Virus record (IMG/VR): IMGVR_UViG_2547132418_000015
From: a virus
Taxonomy: Duplodnaviria > Heunggongvirae > Uroviricota > Caudoviricetes
Length of the DNA: 48,662 nt
Strand: one strand, 5' to 3'
Under the pieces are notes generated by a model that had not been told where the DNA came from, did no database searches, and worked only from the letters and a program-made list of their open reading frames with translations. Every line of letters begins with the position of its first letter. The first letter of the stretch is position 1. The translations under genes were made by a program, and so were the position numbers. This document shows, one piece after another, positions 40,612 to 48,662 of this stretch.

Positions 40612-41334
40612 CTATTGTTTTTTATCAAGAAAATTAAACAGCAAGCGACCATCTTCTTCAGTGGTATATGTTACCTTTAATGGCGTCTTCTCATTAATTT
40701 TCTTCAGAGCAGGTTCCAGGAAGGTACGCTTCATTTCAGCAATATTGTTTTTCTGCGAGGCAGGGAGCATAAACCTTTCACATAACCAGTCATGTGTGGT
40801 GATCCAGACACCAGTGCTCCGGAACTGACACAGGCTTTCATAAAGCCGGATGACACGAACACTATTAAGCTGGCCACAGTCATAGAGAGAATAGGTAGTG
40901 AACTGGGAGGTTAAGCCGACCAGGAATGGCATGACCTTGTAGTTAAATTCAATCTGCCAGGAACCCCGGCCTCGCTTCATTCCTGCTTCAGCCAGCCACG
41001 GACGTTTAACTTCTTCAAACTCACCTTCTTTTGGATAAAAGGTAACCGTTGATTCGCCCAGAGCATTTACCCCAGCCTTCACATCACGACTGGCGACAGA
41101 CGTAGCGACATTGAAGTATTTGACGTAATCGGAAACGCTGATTTTGAAGAGCGGCAATACGTCAGAGTCATCTTCCTGGCTGTCATTAAAATAGGCCTGC
41201 ATGAGGCATAACCACAGCACACGTTTTGCCTGAAGAGGCAGGTAATATGCAGCTTCGGTCAATTCGTTAGATTGCTTTATACTGGCGCGTTTTTTAAACG
41301 TTTTAGTAGCTGGCAAGAGTGCTTGAGTATCCAT
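40612..41334 (-). CDS. rep: Rep_3/RepE-family replication initiator
   Basis: ORF 40612..41493; start placed at ATG 41334 (MDTQALLPATKTFKKRASIKQSNELTEAAYYL...) because upstream codons overlap origin iterons; RLYESLCQFR motif. Confidence 0.82.
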   Translation of the reverse strand: MDTQALLPATKTFKKRASIKQSNELTEAAYYLPLQAKRVLWLCLMQAYFNDSQEDDSDVLPLFKISVSDYVKYFNVATSVASRDVKAGVNALGESTVTFYPKEGEFEEVKRPWLAEAGMKRGRGSWQIEFNYKVMPFLVGLTSQFTTYSLYDCGQLNSVRVIRLYESLCQFRSTGVWITTHDWLCERFMLPASQKNNIAEMKRTFLEPALKKINEKTPLKVTYTTEEDGRLLFNFLDKKQ

Positions 41335-41399
41335 TTCAATGCCTATGGGTAAATTTTTACCCACCCATAATGACAGTGAAAACAGAAATTGCAAGCTAT

Positions 41400-41690
41400 C
41401 GCGATACTTATCCACCGGAAAAATCTGCACTTTATCCACAAGTGGATAATTGAGAACTGAACTTGACCTCTTTCCCATAGCTTGTTGATGCATATCCCAT
41501 AGCTTGTTGACACAAAACCCACTGATACGTGATTAATTTCCCATATTATGTTTACCAGTTGCCCATACAGGCCCCCTCTCAGGCCGCACTGTACGCGGCT
41601 TTCAGGCTCCCTAAAAGATGTAAAATAAAGAAAAAGAATAAAAAAGTACTTTATAAAAATATGCCCGTGGATAAGTGGATAACCCCGAGG
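41400..41690. other. Vegetative replication origin: DnaA boxes, four spaced iteron cores, AT-rich segment
   Basis: TTATCCACAAGTGGATAA (41433-41450), GTGGATAAGTGGATAA (41666-41681), CCCATA cores at about 41475, 41497, 41541, 41563, AT-rich 41600-41660. Confidence 0.7.
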
Positions 41691-42025
41691 GGAGGTGATT
41701 TTTCAGGCATTGAGCGTAAGCAGAATTTATAAGTTTTGTTCCCTGGTGCTTCCTCGCTCACTCGGGGCTTCGCCCTGTCGCTCGACTGCGGCGAGCACTG
41801 CTGGCTCGATCATATCCGTGGCCGGAAGATACTACTCCTCCCCCGAGTCGCTCTCCAGAGCCGGCTACAGCGAGACAACCCGCACGAAGATTTCTATCGT
41901 CCCTGCAGACATATTCGAATCGTTTTTATTAACCCTGGCTTCCGTCGTGACAGAACACTACGTCCTGTAAAAGGGGGACTAAGGCCCCTGAATCACACAC
42001 CTGAATAATGCGGAGTTTTACGATA

Positions 42026-42112
42026 ATGTCATTGCTGGAAACTTTCCTGACCGCTTCTCAGGGGGCAACAATCCTGTTCCTTGCCATGCTGATTTACTGG
42101 CAAAAGCGATAA
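42026..42112 (+). CDS. Possible 28-aa hydrophobic peptide
   Basis: MSLLETFLTASQGATILFLAMLIYWQKR with GGAG upstream, followed by palindrome GCTGGCCTTTGGCCAGC; not in the ORF track. Confidence 0.25.
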   Translation: MSLLETFLTASQGATILFLAMLIYWQKR

Positions 42113-42240
42113 ATCCAAGCGGGCTGGCCTTTGGCCAGCTTCGCTGTATAAGGGGAAAAATGCGGCATATCCAGACATTTCACTAGGCAATTTGAATTCA
42201 GATATCTATGCTTGGGATCCGGTCAACAGGAGGTAACAAG

Positions 42241-42498
42241 ATGAAACTTGAAACTATACAGATAGATAATACCGTAAGGAGTGGTCTTAATTCTTTCACT
42301 GACGGGGTGATTATTCGTGATACAAAGGTATTGATCACGCTCAATCTCCCGGATGGACAGAAAACCACTATTGAGGGGGAATGGCGGCATATGTCGGACG
42401 CCAACAGGTTGTCAGAACGTATTACGATGCTTCAGCATGCGATCTATGAGCAGTATGAAGAATACAGAGCAGATATTCCCGTCAGCTGGTCCAGATAA
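42241..42498 (+). CDS. Hypothetical 85-aa protein
   Basis: ORF 42208..42498; ATG at 42241 (MKLETIQIDNTVRSG...) with AGGAGG ribosome-binding site. Confidence 0.55.
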   Translation: MKLETIQIDNTVRSGLNSFTDGVIIRDTKVLITLNLPDGQKTTIEGEWRHMSDANRLSERITMLQHAIYEQYEEYRADIPVSWSR

Positions 42499-42555
42499 CG
42501 TCTGACAGACCTCCCCGGCGAGCAGGACGTTCGCCAGCATCATTCTCCTAAGTAC

Positions 42556-43332
42556 TTAAATATTCCCTTTCAGCATGGCTACCGCATCCGCTTCGGGCAT
42601 CTGAAACTGAACTCGATGCCGCGCAGCAACATCAAGTGCGAACACCTTCGTATAGACTTCCGTCGAGCTAATCGATTTGTGGCCCATCAGGCTCTGCAAA
42701 ACCTTCAGTGGTATGCCGGCATACAGCATATGCATCGCGTAGGAGTGGCGGAACGTATGCGGGGTGACCGGCACCGAGAATGTCCCCCCGTCGACGGCGG
42801 CCGCTTCAACCGCTTCGCCAATCCAGGTCCGTACTGTCCGGTCGGTGATGTCCCAGATGCGGGCTTTCTCTGTTCTGCCGGTACGCTTGTTGCGTCTTTC
42901 CAGCGGAATTTTCAGGGTGGCCACCATCATCTGCAGCTGGCTGACGTAGTGGTGATCGGAAAGCGGAACCAGACGATGAGCCTGGCTACCGGCGGGAGCT
43001 CGGCCGGCTGTCCTGGCCGCTTTTTCGGTGCGCTGCTTAAGCGTGGCCAGCTGCACGAACGGATACGGTGGCACCAGCGAAAAATCCCCCCGGGTCAGCG
43101 CCAGCGCCTCGTTGATACGTGCGCCGGTGTTCCAGAGGGTTGCCAGCAGCATCTTGCGGTGCAAATCGGGCACATAATGGAGCAGGGCGCTGACTTCCGG
43201 TGCCAGCAGGTATTTCGGTAGTTCATCTTGAACGAGCGCCATCTGGCGCAGGGCCAGCGCGGCGGGATAGTCAATGGCCACCGGCATTTGCGCCGGCTGC
43301 TGCGGGTGAGAATATGATAAGAGGCCGCTCAT
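42556..43332 (-). CDS. Tyrosine site-specific recombinase, likely plasmid multimer resolvase
   Basis: 258-aa ORF with ...HTFRHSYAMHMLYAGIPLKVLQSLMGHKSISSTEVYTKV... (R-H-R-Y active-site pattern). Confidence 0.85.
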   Translation of the reverse strand: MSGLLSYSHPQQPAQMPVAIDYPAALALRQMALVQDELPKYLLAPEVSALLHYVPDLHRKMLLATLWNTGARINEALALTRGDFSLVPPYPFVQLATLKQRTEKAARTAGRAPAGSQAHRLVPLSDHHYVSQLQMMVATLKIPLERRNKRTGRTEKARIWDITDRTVRTWIGEAVEAAAVDGGTFSVPVTPHTFRHSYAMHMLYAGIPLKVLQSLMGHKSISSTEVYTKVFALDVAARHRVQFQMPEADAVAMLKGNI

Positions 43333-44072
43333 TGGTTTGACATTCCATCAGGTATCACTAATTGATTCCACTCCCTGTTGCGGGTAGCTTCAGCAGCGCG
43401 CAGGGCTCTTTCGCGCCTCCAGACTTTACGAAACACGGAAACTGCAGACCATTCATCATGACCTGTAAGACGTGTTTCGGGCATCCCGGTTGCCTTGCGC
43501 AGACGGACGGCAAGAATGACAGCGTTGATGCCCAAGCGCGTGAACTGATACTGCCGTTCCCTGAAATAGTCCTTATGCCAAGGAGGGTCGGAGTATTCGG
43601 CGGCATATGCAATTGCCCTGTGGGCCTCATCCTGGAGCACCGGCAGTTCACGGATGCGATACATAAGACGTGGCTCTAAAGTCCGCCAGTCACCGGAGAC
43701 ATCGATCAGATTCAGTTCAGGGTAATTCGTGACAGCTTTTCTCTCAGGCTGGGGGGCATCATCATCCTGGCCGTCATCCGTCACAACCCGGAAACAACCC
43801 TCAGCATACCGTTCAAGCATGAATACCAACTCGGTGGCAATGTAATGCAGTTCCTTTTTCATTTTATCTTCTGACGCCTGTCTCTCACGCTTAAGCGTGA
43901 AATAATGTGTCAGCCAGATGCCAGTGAGTGTTATACCCCCAGTAAGCAGGCCAGTGATAAGCCCGGTTGCCACGTTTCCCCAGATCCCCGCCCCTTGATT
44001 AATCAGCTGTACGGAAACCGGATGGGATGTCGCAGCAACTATACTCTCAGTTGCGGCCTGTATATCAGTCAT
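43329..44072 (-). CDS. Hypothetical membrane-anchored protein, stop overlaps the recombinase start
   Basis: 247-aa ORF with N-terminal hydrophobic segment GNVATGLITGLLTGGITLTGIWLTHYF; 4-nt overlap with 42556..43332. Confidence 0.6.
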   Translation of the reverse strand: MTDIQAATESIVAATSHPVSVQLINQGAGIWGNVATGLITGLLTGGITLTGIWLTHYFTLKRERQASEDKMKKELHYIATELVFMLERYAEGCFRVVTDDGQDDDAPQPERKAVTNYPELNLIDVSGDWRTLEPRLMYRIRELPVLQDEAHRAIAYAAEYSDPPWHKDYFRERQYQFTRLGINAVILAVRLRKATGMPETRLTGHDEWSAVSVFRKVWRRERALRAAEATRNREWNQLVIPDGMSNQ

Positions 44073-44122
44073 TGATCATTTACCCCTTTATATTCCTGAG
44101 AAATCCCGCCCTCTGTCCGTAG

Positions 44123-44473
44123 TCAGCGGCCGGCAGCCAGCTCTTCAGCCAGTTTCACAAACCTTTTGTGCTCAGTCTGCAGGTAATGGCTGTAAATCCG
44201 GGCATCACGTTCTGTCAGTCCGGATGGATTGCCGGTGAAGTAACGTTGCAGCACCGCAATACAGTGATTGTAGGTATCGAGATCATATTCCCAGTTTCCC
44301 AGCTCACCGGCCGCATCCAGTTCCTGGCGAAACTGCTCGTATTTACGGAGCAGAATGCCAAGACCTAATTCTGTTGCAGCATAAAGATTATTTTCTCCTG
44401 GCGCGGAAATCGCATTACGGATTTTTTCAAAAGCATAACTGAAATCATTTCTCTCATTGAATGCAGTAAACAT
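44123..44473 (-). CDS. Hypothetical 116-aa protein, first gene of the recombinase operon
   Basis: ORF 50 bp upstream of the membrane-protein gene, same strand. Confidence 0.55.
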   Translation of the reverse strand: MFTAFNERNDFSYAFEKIRNAISAPGENNLYAATELGLGILLRKYEQFRQELDAAGELGNWEYDLDTYNHCIAVLQRYFTGNPSGLTERDARIYSHYLQTEHKRFVKLAEELAAGR

Positions 44474-44549
44474 GTCCTTTCCTCAGTTGAATAGTTAGCC
44501 GTGCAATTTTACCACACCTCAATCATCGTCAGATGAGTGCCACTCTGTC

Positions 44550-44585
44550 GTGACAGTGACTTTCACTAGAGTGATTTTCACATAC
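44550..44585. promoter_or_regulatory. Two short palindromes upstream of the 116-aa gene
   Basis: AGTGA-CTT-TCACT (44555-44567) and GTGA-TTT-TCAC (44571-44581). Confidence 0.4.
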
Positions 44586-44879
44586 TAAAATAATAAGCAG
44601 CCATATAACAACGTAATTAAATTACCTGACGGCCGCTCTGGCCGGATCCGACTTTTATGTTATTCCACAGTTTCCGGAAGTGTACCACGCACACGGAATA
44701 ACCACAGCGCCCTTTCAGGGTGGTGAGCGGCCGGTCACGGGGCAGGGGAGGGACACAACATATATGGTCACTGACAGCTGGAAACACCGCTACATCTTGT
44801 GTTTCCGGGCCGCTGCGCGCCGGCGGGGCTGAATCAGATCCGGAACTGCCTTTTTTCGGATCTGAGCGGGAAAAGTGAG

Positions 44880-45046
44880 AAACCAACATAGGTGTAACAT
44901 ATCCATATGCCGGGCATCTGCATAGGCAAAGCATACGCATATACCTACCATCTGCATATGTAACACCTATACAAGCCGGGCTTGCAGGCATATACTTCAC
45001 CTATGCGGGAATACTCCCTGGCACACTCAGCATATGAGGAAAAACC
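44880..45046. promoter_or_regulatory. Repeat-rich region upstream of vapB
   Basis: Inverted repeat ATAGGTGTAACATAT / ATATGTAACACCTAT; palindromes ATGCCGGGCAT and CAAGCCGGGCTTG; AGGAAAAACC ribosome-binding site before ATG 45047. Confidence 0.4.
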
Positions 45047-45277
45047 ATGCGCACAGTTTCGATATTTAAAAACGGCAATAACCGCGCCATCCGTCTGCCC
45101 CGGGACCTGGATTTTGACGGCGTCAGCGAGCTGGAGATCGTCCGGGAAGGGGACAGCATCATTCTGCGTCCCGTCCGGCCGACCTGGGGCTCGTTCGCGC
45201 AGCTGGACAGGGCCGATCCGGACTTTATGGCGGAGCGTGAGGATGTGGTCAGCGATGAAGGACGTTTTGAGCCATGA
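45047..45277 (+). CDS. vapB: VapB-type antitoxin (AbrB/SpoVT fold)
   Basis: 76-aa MRTVSIFKNGNNRAIRLPRDLDFDGVSELEIVREGDSIILRPV...; stop overlaps the vapC start. Confidence 0.85.
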   Translation: MRTVSIFKNGNNRAIRLPRDLDFDGVSELEIVREGDSIILRPVRPTWGSFAQLDRADPDFMAEREDVVSDEGRFEP

Positions 45278-45690
45278 AGAAAACCTGGATGCTCGATACT
45301 AACATCTGCTCGTTCATCATGCGCGAGCAGCCGGCAGCGGTGCTGAAGCGCCTGGAGCAGGCGGTGCTGCGCGGTGATCGCATCGTGGTCTCGGCCGTGA
45401 CATATGCCGAGATGCGCTTCGGCGCCACCGGCCCGAAGGCCTCGCCGCGCCATATTCAGCTGGTCGACGCGTTCTGCGCGCGCCTCGATGCCGTCCTGCC
45501 CTGGGACCGCGCCGCGGTGGACGCCACGACGGACATCCGGGTGGCGCTGCGCCTAGCCGGGACGCCGATCGGCCCGAATGACACGGCCATTGCCGGGCAC
45601 GCCATCGCGGCGGGCGCCATCCTGGTGACGAACAATGTGAGAGAGTTTGCGCGGGTCCCGGGCCTGGTGCTGGAAGACTGGGTGAAATAA
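45274..45690 (+). CDS. vapC: VapC-type PIN-domain toxin
   Basis: 138-aa MKKTWMLDTNICSFIMREQ... with conserved acidic residues. Confidence 0.85.
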   Translation: MKKTWMLDTNICSFIMREQPAAVLKRLEQAVLRGDRIVVSAVTYAEMRFGATGPKASPRHIQLVDAFCARLDAVLPWDRAAVDATTDIRVALRLAGTPIGPNDTAIAGHAIAAGAILVTNNVREFARVPGLVLEDWVK

Positions 45691-45834
45691 TCCCGTAATA
45701 ATTTCCGTGACGGAGACGACAGACATGAATGGGCTTTGTTGAATAAATCGAACTTTTGCTGAGTTGAAGGATCAGATCACGCATCCTCCCGACTGGATTT
45801 GCCCCTATATTTCCAGACACCTGTTATCACTTAA

Positions 45835-45914
45835 TGGAGTGACCCCGAGCCCGTAGACAAATCTGCCCTATAGTTGGAGTGACCCCGAGCCCGTAGACAA
45901 ATCTGCCCTATAGT
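45835..45914 (+). repeat. Perfect 40-bp tandem duplication between the IS end and orfA
   Basis: TGGAGTGACCCCGAGCCCGTAGACAAATCTGCCCTATAGT at 45835-45874 and again at 45875-45914. Confidence 0.95.
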
Positions 45915-45933
45915 TTGAGCATAGGAGGAGTCT

Positions 45934-46218
45934 ATGGGCACATCACGTTTTACCCCTGAATTTAAGGAAGAGGCCGTCCGCCAGATCACCGAGCGGGGCT
46001 ATTCTATTGCTGAAGTATCTGAACGGCTCGGCGTGTCGGCGCACAGCCTATATAAATGGCTCCGGGCTGTTAAGCCTGACAACAGTGGACAGCAGGCACA
46101 GGATTTACTGGATGCCAGAACAGAAATTCTCAGGCTGAAAGCACAGCTTAAACGCACTGAGGAAGAGCGGGATATTCTGAAAAAGGCAGCGCGGTACTTT
46201 GCAAGGGAGCCCGACTGA
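45934..46218 (+). CDS. IS3-family transposase OrfA
   Basis: 94-aa ORF with helix-turn-helix and leucine-zipper-like C-terminus ending ...DILKKAARYFAREPD; AGGAGG ribosome-binding site. Confidence 0.85.
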   Translation: MGTSRFTPEFKEEAVRQITERGYSIAEVSERLGVSAHSLYKWLRAVKPDNSGQQAQDLLDARTEILRLKAQLKRTEEERDILKKAARYFAREPD

Positions 46219-46265
46219 AGTATCGCTTTATCAACGATCACCGTGAAATCTGGTCGATCGTTACA

Positions 46266-46620
46266 ATGTGTCGGGTCCTTAAGGTTGCCCGTGCCGGATT
46301 TTATGTCTGGCTCCATAACCCTGTATCTGCCGGAGAAAAGGATAACCAGCGACTGCTGGAACTCATCCGCGACTCCTATACGCTGAGTGGTGGAGTTTAC
46401 GGTTATCGCAGGGTTCATGGCGATCTTCGCGAAATTGGCGAAGTGTGCAGCAGAAACCGGGTTGCCAAAATCATGAGGAAAAACAGGATTCAGGCTATAC
46501 ATGGTTATAAAGTGCCACGCGGGAGCCGGGGACGACCGTCACTGATAGCGCCTAATCACGTGCGGCGTGAATTTACTGTAGTGAAGCCCAATCAGGTGTG
46601 GGTCACCGACATCACCTACA
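46266..46620 (+). pseudogene. IS3-family transposase OrfB, N-terminal part, interrupted by a group II intron
   Basis: Ends ...NQVWVTDITY, then the reading frame enters intron sequence beginning GTGTG at 46621. Confidence 0.8.
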
Positions 46621-48308
46621 GTGTGCCCGGAGTTCAGGGCGGGCATGGATGCTTAAATGAACCGCGAGTCTGTCTGGAATATTGAACCGGTAACTCACGA
46701 TGAGAAACCCAACAATCCCACCGGGTGTGACGGTGGAGAACCTGAGCGGCAGTGACCTGCGGCATGCCCGCAGGGTGATGTAACCCGCTGACAACGGGGA
46801 TTGAGGCGAGATCACTAAGCCGAGATGATCCTCAAGGTTAAGTACTGAAAGGCTGAAGAACATGAACCCGTTAATCCGCCTCTGTGGGTTGAAAACGTCA
46901 CCACGGCCTACGTGATCTGACAGGCCGTGCAGGAGGAACTGGCAGTGATACGTAAGCACTGCCGGTCGAAGGTGTTTTGACATGTATGCGAAACACCGGG
47001 GCAGCAGCGTCTATCACGCTTGCGTTGCTGACTTCTGCCAACTTGCGGCAAGCAAGGATAAAGAGTGCGACGGGCAGCCTCCTCAGTATGCCTGAGTCCA
47101 GGCAGGTAAACCGGGGAAGGTCAGCGACGGATGTTAAGGGGGCATGGCTCCGATGACGCGCTGGCTGGCGGAGCTTCCGTAGTAGTCCGCGATGGGGAAA
47201 GCCCATTACATGGCGAAGGGAAGCAGTTTGAATGTGTTTGCGACGTGAATTAACTGACCTAACGAGGTGAAGACCTTTGATAATCAGCGAAATGCAACGC
47301 AAGCTTGCCACATGGGCAGCCACCGATCCGTCCCTACGGATTCAACGGCTGCTGCGTCTGATAACACAACCAGAATGGCTGGCTGAAGCGGCGCGGATCA
47401 CGCTTTCATCAAAGGGGGCGCATACCCCCGGCGTTGATGGCGTGAACAAAACAATGCTACAGGCCAGACTGGCTGTTGAGCTGCAAATCCTCAGGGATGA
47501 ATTACTCTCAGGCCACTACCAGCCCTTGCCCGCCAGACGGGTTTACATCCCTAAAAGCAACGGCAAACTGCGACCACTGGGTATCCCCGCGTTGCGGGAT
47601 CGTATTGTTCAGCGGGCCATGCTGATGGCGATGGAGCCGATATGGGAGAGTGATTTTCATACGCTCTCATATGGCTTCCGGCCTGAGCGCAGTGTCCACC
47701 ACGCGATCCGCACGGTGAAATTACAGCTCACAGACTGCGGTGAAACCCGGGGACGCTGGGTGATTGAAGGCGACCTGTCCAGTTACTTCGACACCGTACA
47801 TCATCGACTGCTGATGAAGGCTGTACGCCGCAGGATCAGTGACGCACGTTTCATGACTCTGCTGTGGAAAACCATCAAGGCGGGACATATCGATGTCGGT
47901 CTCTTTCGGGCGGCCAGTGAAGGTGTGCCACAGGGCGGTGTTATATCGCCGCTATTATCGAACATCATGCTGAATGAGTTCGATCAATACCTGCATGAGC
48001 GCTACCTGAGCGGGAAAGCCAGAAAAGATCGGTGGTACTGGAATAACAGTATCCAACGGGGCCGAAGTACGGCGGTCAGAGAAAACTGGCAGTGGAAACC
48101 CGCGGTGGCGTACTGCCGCTATGCCGATGATTTTGTCCCCATCGTCAAAGGCACCAAAGCACAGGCGGAAGCCATCAGGGAGGAGTGTCGGGGTGTGCTC
48201 GAAGGCAGTCTGAAACTCAGGCTGAACATGGATAAGACTAAAATCACCCATGTTAATGACGGCTTTATCTTTCTGGGGCACAGGATCATTCGCAAACGCA
48301 GTCGTTAT
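46621..48308 (+). mobile_element. Group II intron 2 (5' part), inserted in IS3-family orfB and truncated by IS26
   Basis: Starts GTGTGCCCGG; about 656 nt of structured 5' region, then a reverse transcriptase ORF that runs into the IS26 terminal repeat at 48309. Confidence 0.8.
47277..48308 (+). pseudogene. Group II intron reverse transcriptase/maturase, C-terminally truncated by IS26
   Basis: ORF 47277..48335 with HTPGVDGVNK, YIPKSNGKLRPLG, YCRYADDFV motifs; last residues are read from the IS26 terminal repeat. Confidence 0.85.
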
Positions 48309-48662
48309 GGCACTGTTGCAAATAGTCGGTGGTGATAAACTTATCATCCCCTTTTGCTGATGGAGCTGCACATGAACCCATTCAAAGGCCGGCATTTTCA
48401 GCGTGACATCATTCTGTGGGCCGTACGCTGGTACTGCAAATACGGCATCAGTTACCGTGAGCTGCAGGAGATGCTGGCTGAACGCGGAGTGAATGTCGAT
48501 CACTCCACGATTTACCGCTGGGTTCAGCGTTATGCGCCTGAAATGGAAAAACGGCTGCGCTGGTACTGGCGTAACCCTTCCGATCTTTGCCCGTGGCACA
48601 TGGATGAAACCTACGTGAAGGTCAATGGCCGCTGGGCGTATCTGTACCGGGCCGTCGACAGC
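48309..48662 (+). mobile_element. IS26, 5' part beginning with terminal repeat GGCACTGTTGCAAA
   Basis: Terminal repeat at 48309-48322, transposase start at 48372; 48432-48662 is identical to 1-231. Confidence 0.93.
48372..48662 (+). CDS. tnpA: IS26 transposase, N-terminal part
   Basis: MNPFKGRHFQRDIILWAVRWYCKYGISYRELQEMLAERGVNVDHSTIYRWVQRYAPEMEKRLRWYWRNPSDLCPWHMDETYVKVNGRWAYLYRAVDS. Confidence 0.93.
   Translation, partial: MNPFKGRHFQRDIILWAVRWYCKYGISYRELQEMLAERGVNVDHSTIYRWVQRYAPEMEKRLRWYWRNPSDLCPWHMDETYVKVNGRWAYLYRAVDS

Larger units (their letters stand above)
45788..46620 (+). mobile_element. IS3-family element (IS2-group-like left end), 5' part only
   Basis: End TGGATTTGCCCCTATATTTCCAGACACCTGTTATCACTTAA resembles an IS2 terminal repeat; OrfA and truncated OrfB follow. 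Confidence 0.65.

Noticed and set aside
40073-40680. Three overlapping plus-strand ORFs (120, 138, 166 aa) with repetitive translations
   Set aside because: They are translations of the iteron array in three frames; the periodic amino-acid repeats are an artefact of the DNA repeats.
41335-41493. Longer rep ORF starting at 41493
   Set aside because: The extra 53 codons overlap the origin iteron cores and the alignment with RepE-type N-termini starts at the ATG at 41334; kept as an ambiguity.
44617-45000. 127-aa minus-strand ORF upstream of vapB
   Set aside because: Cys/Arg/Pro-rich composition, no ribosome-binding site, lies in a repeat-rich regulatory region.
45755-45787. About 33-nt stretch (GAGTTGAAGGATCAGATCACGCATCCTCCCGAC) that I recall from p15A-type plasmid sequence
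   Set aside because: Too short and from memory only; it may simply be backbone sequence at the IS insertion point.
45317-45820. 167-aa minus-strand ORF antisense to vapC
   Set aside because: Ala/Pro/Arg-rich antisense frame of a GC-rich gene; vapBC on the plus strand is well supported.

Overview
This 48.7-kb window looks like a plasmid-type element carrying a truncated Mu/D108-type transposable prophage; I found no single clearly novel system, only several uncharacterised candidates. The last 231 bp (48432-48662) repeat the first 231 bp inside IS26, so the molecule is either circular with one IS26 or a contig bounded by two IS26 copies. About 32 kb (693-32641, genes on the minus strand) is the prophage: left end, repressor c, ner, A, B, semi-essential region (kil, gam and others), gemA, mor, C, endolysin and spanins, terminase, portal, F, G, protease I, capsid T, sheath, tube, tape measure and baseplate. 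The prophage right side (distal tail-fibre gene, assembly gene, invertible segment, attR) is missing and replaced by IS26. The remainder is an IncF-like backbone: a Rep_3 initiator with 13 x 36-bp iterons and an origin with DnaA boxes, P1-type parAB-parS, a LexA-boxed umuDC-like operon, a tyrosine recombinase operon and vapBC. It also holds a remnant of a second rep gene, IS1, an IS3-family element and two group II introns, one with an in-frame TAG and one cut by IS26. No rRNA, tRNA or CRISPR array was seen. The most interesting candidates are cargo ORFs in the phage early region (one on the opposite strand, one Cys-rich), a two-gene cassette translationally coupled to the recombinase, and a possible +1 frameshift in the tail chaperone. 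All homology calls are from reading the translations and from memory of the families, not from database searches.
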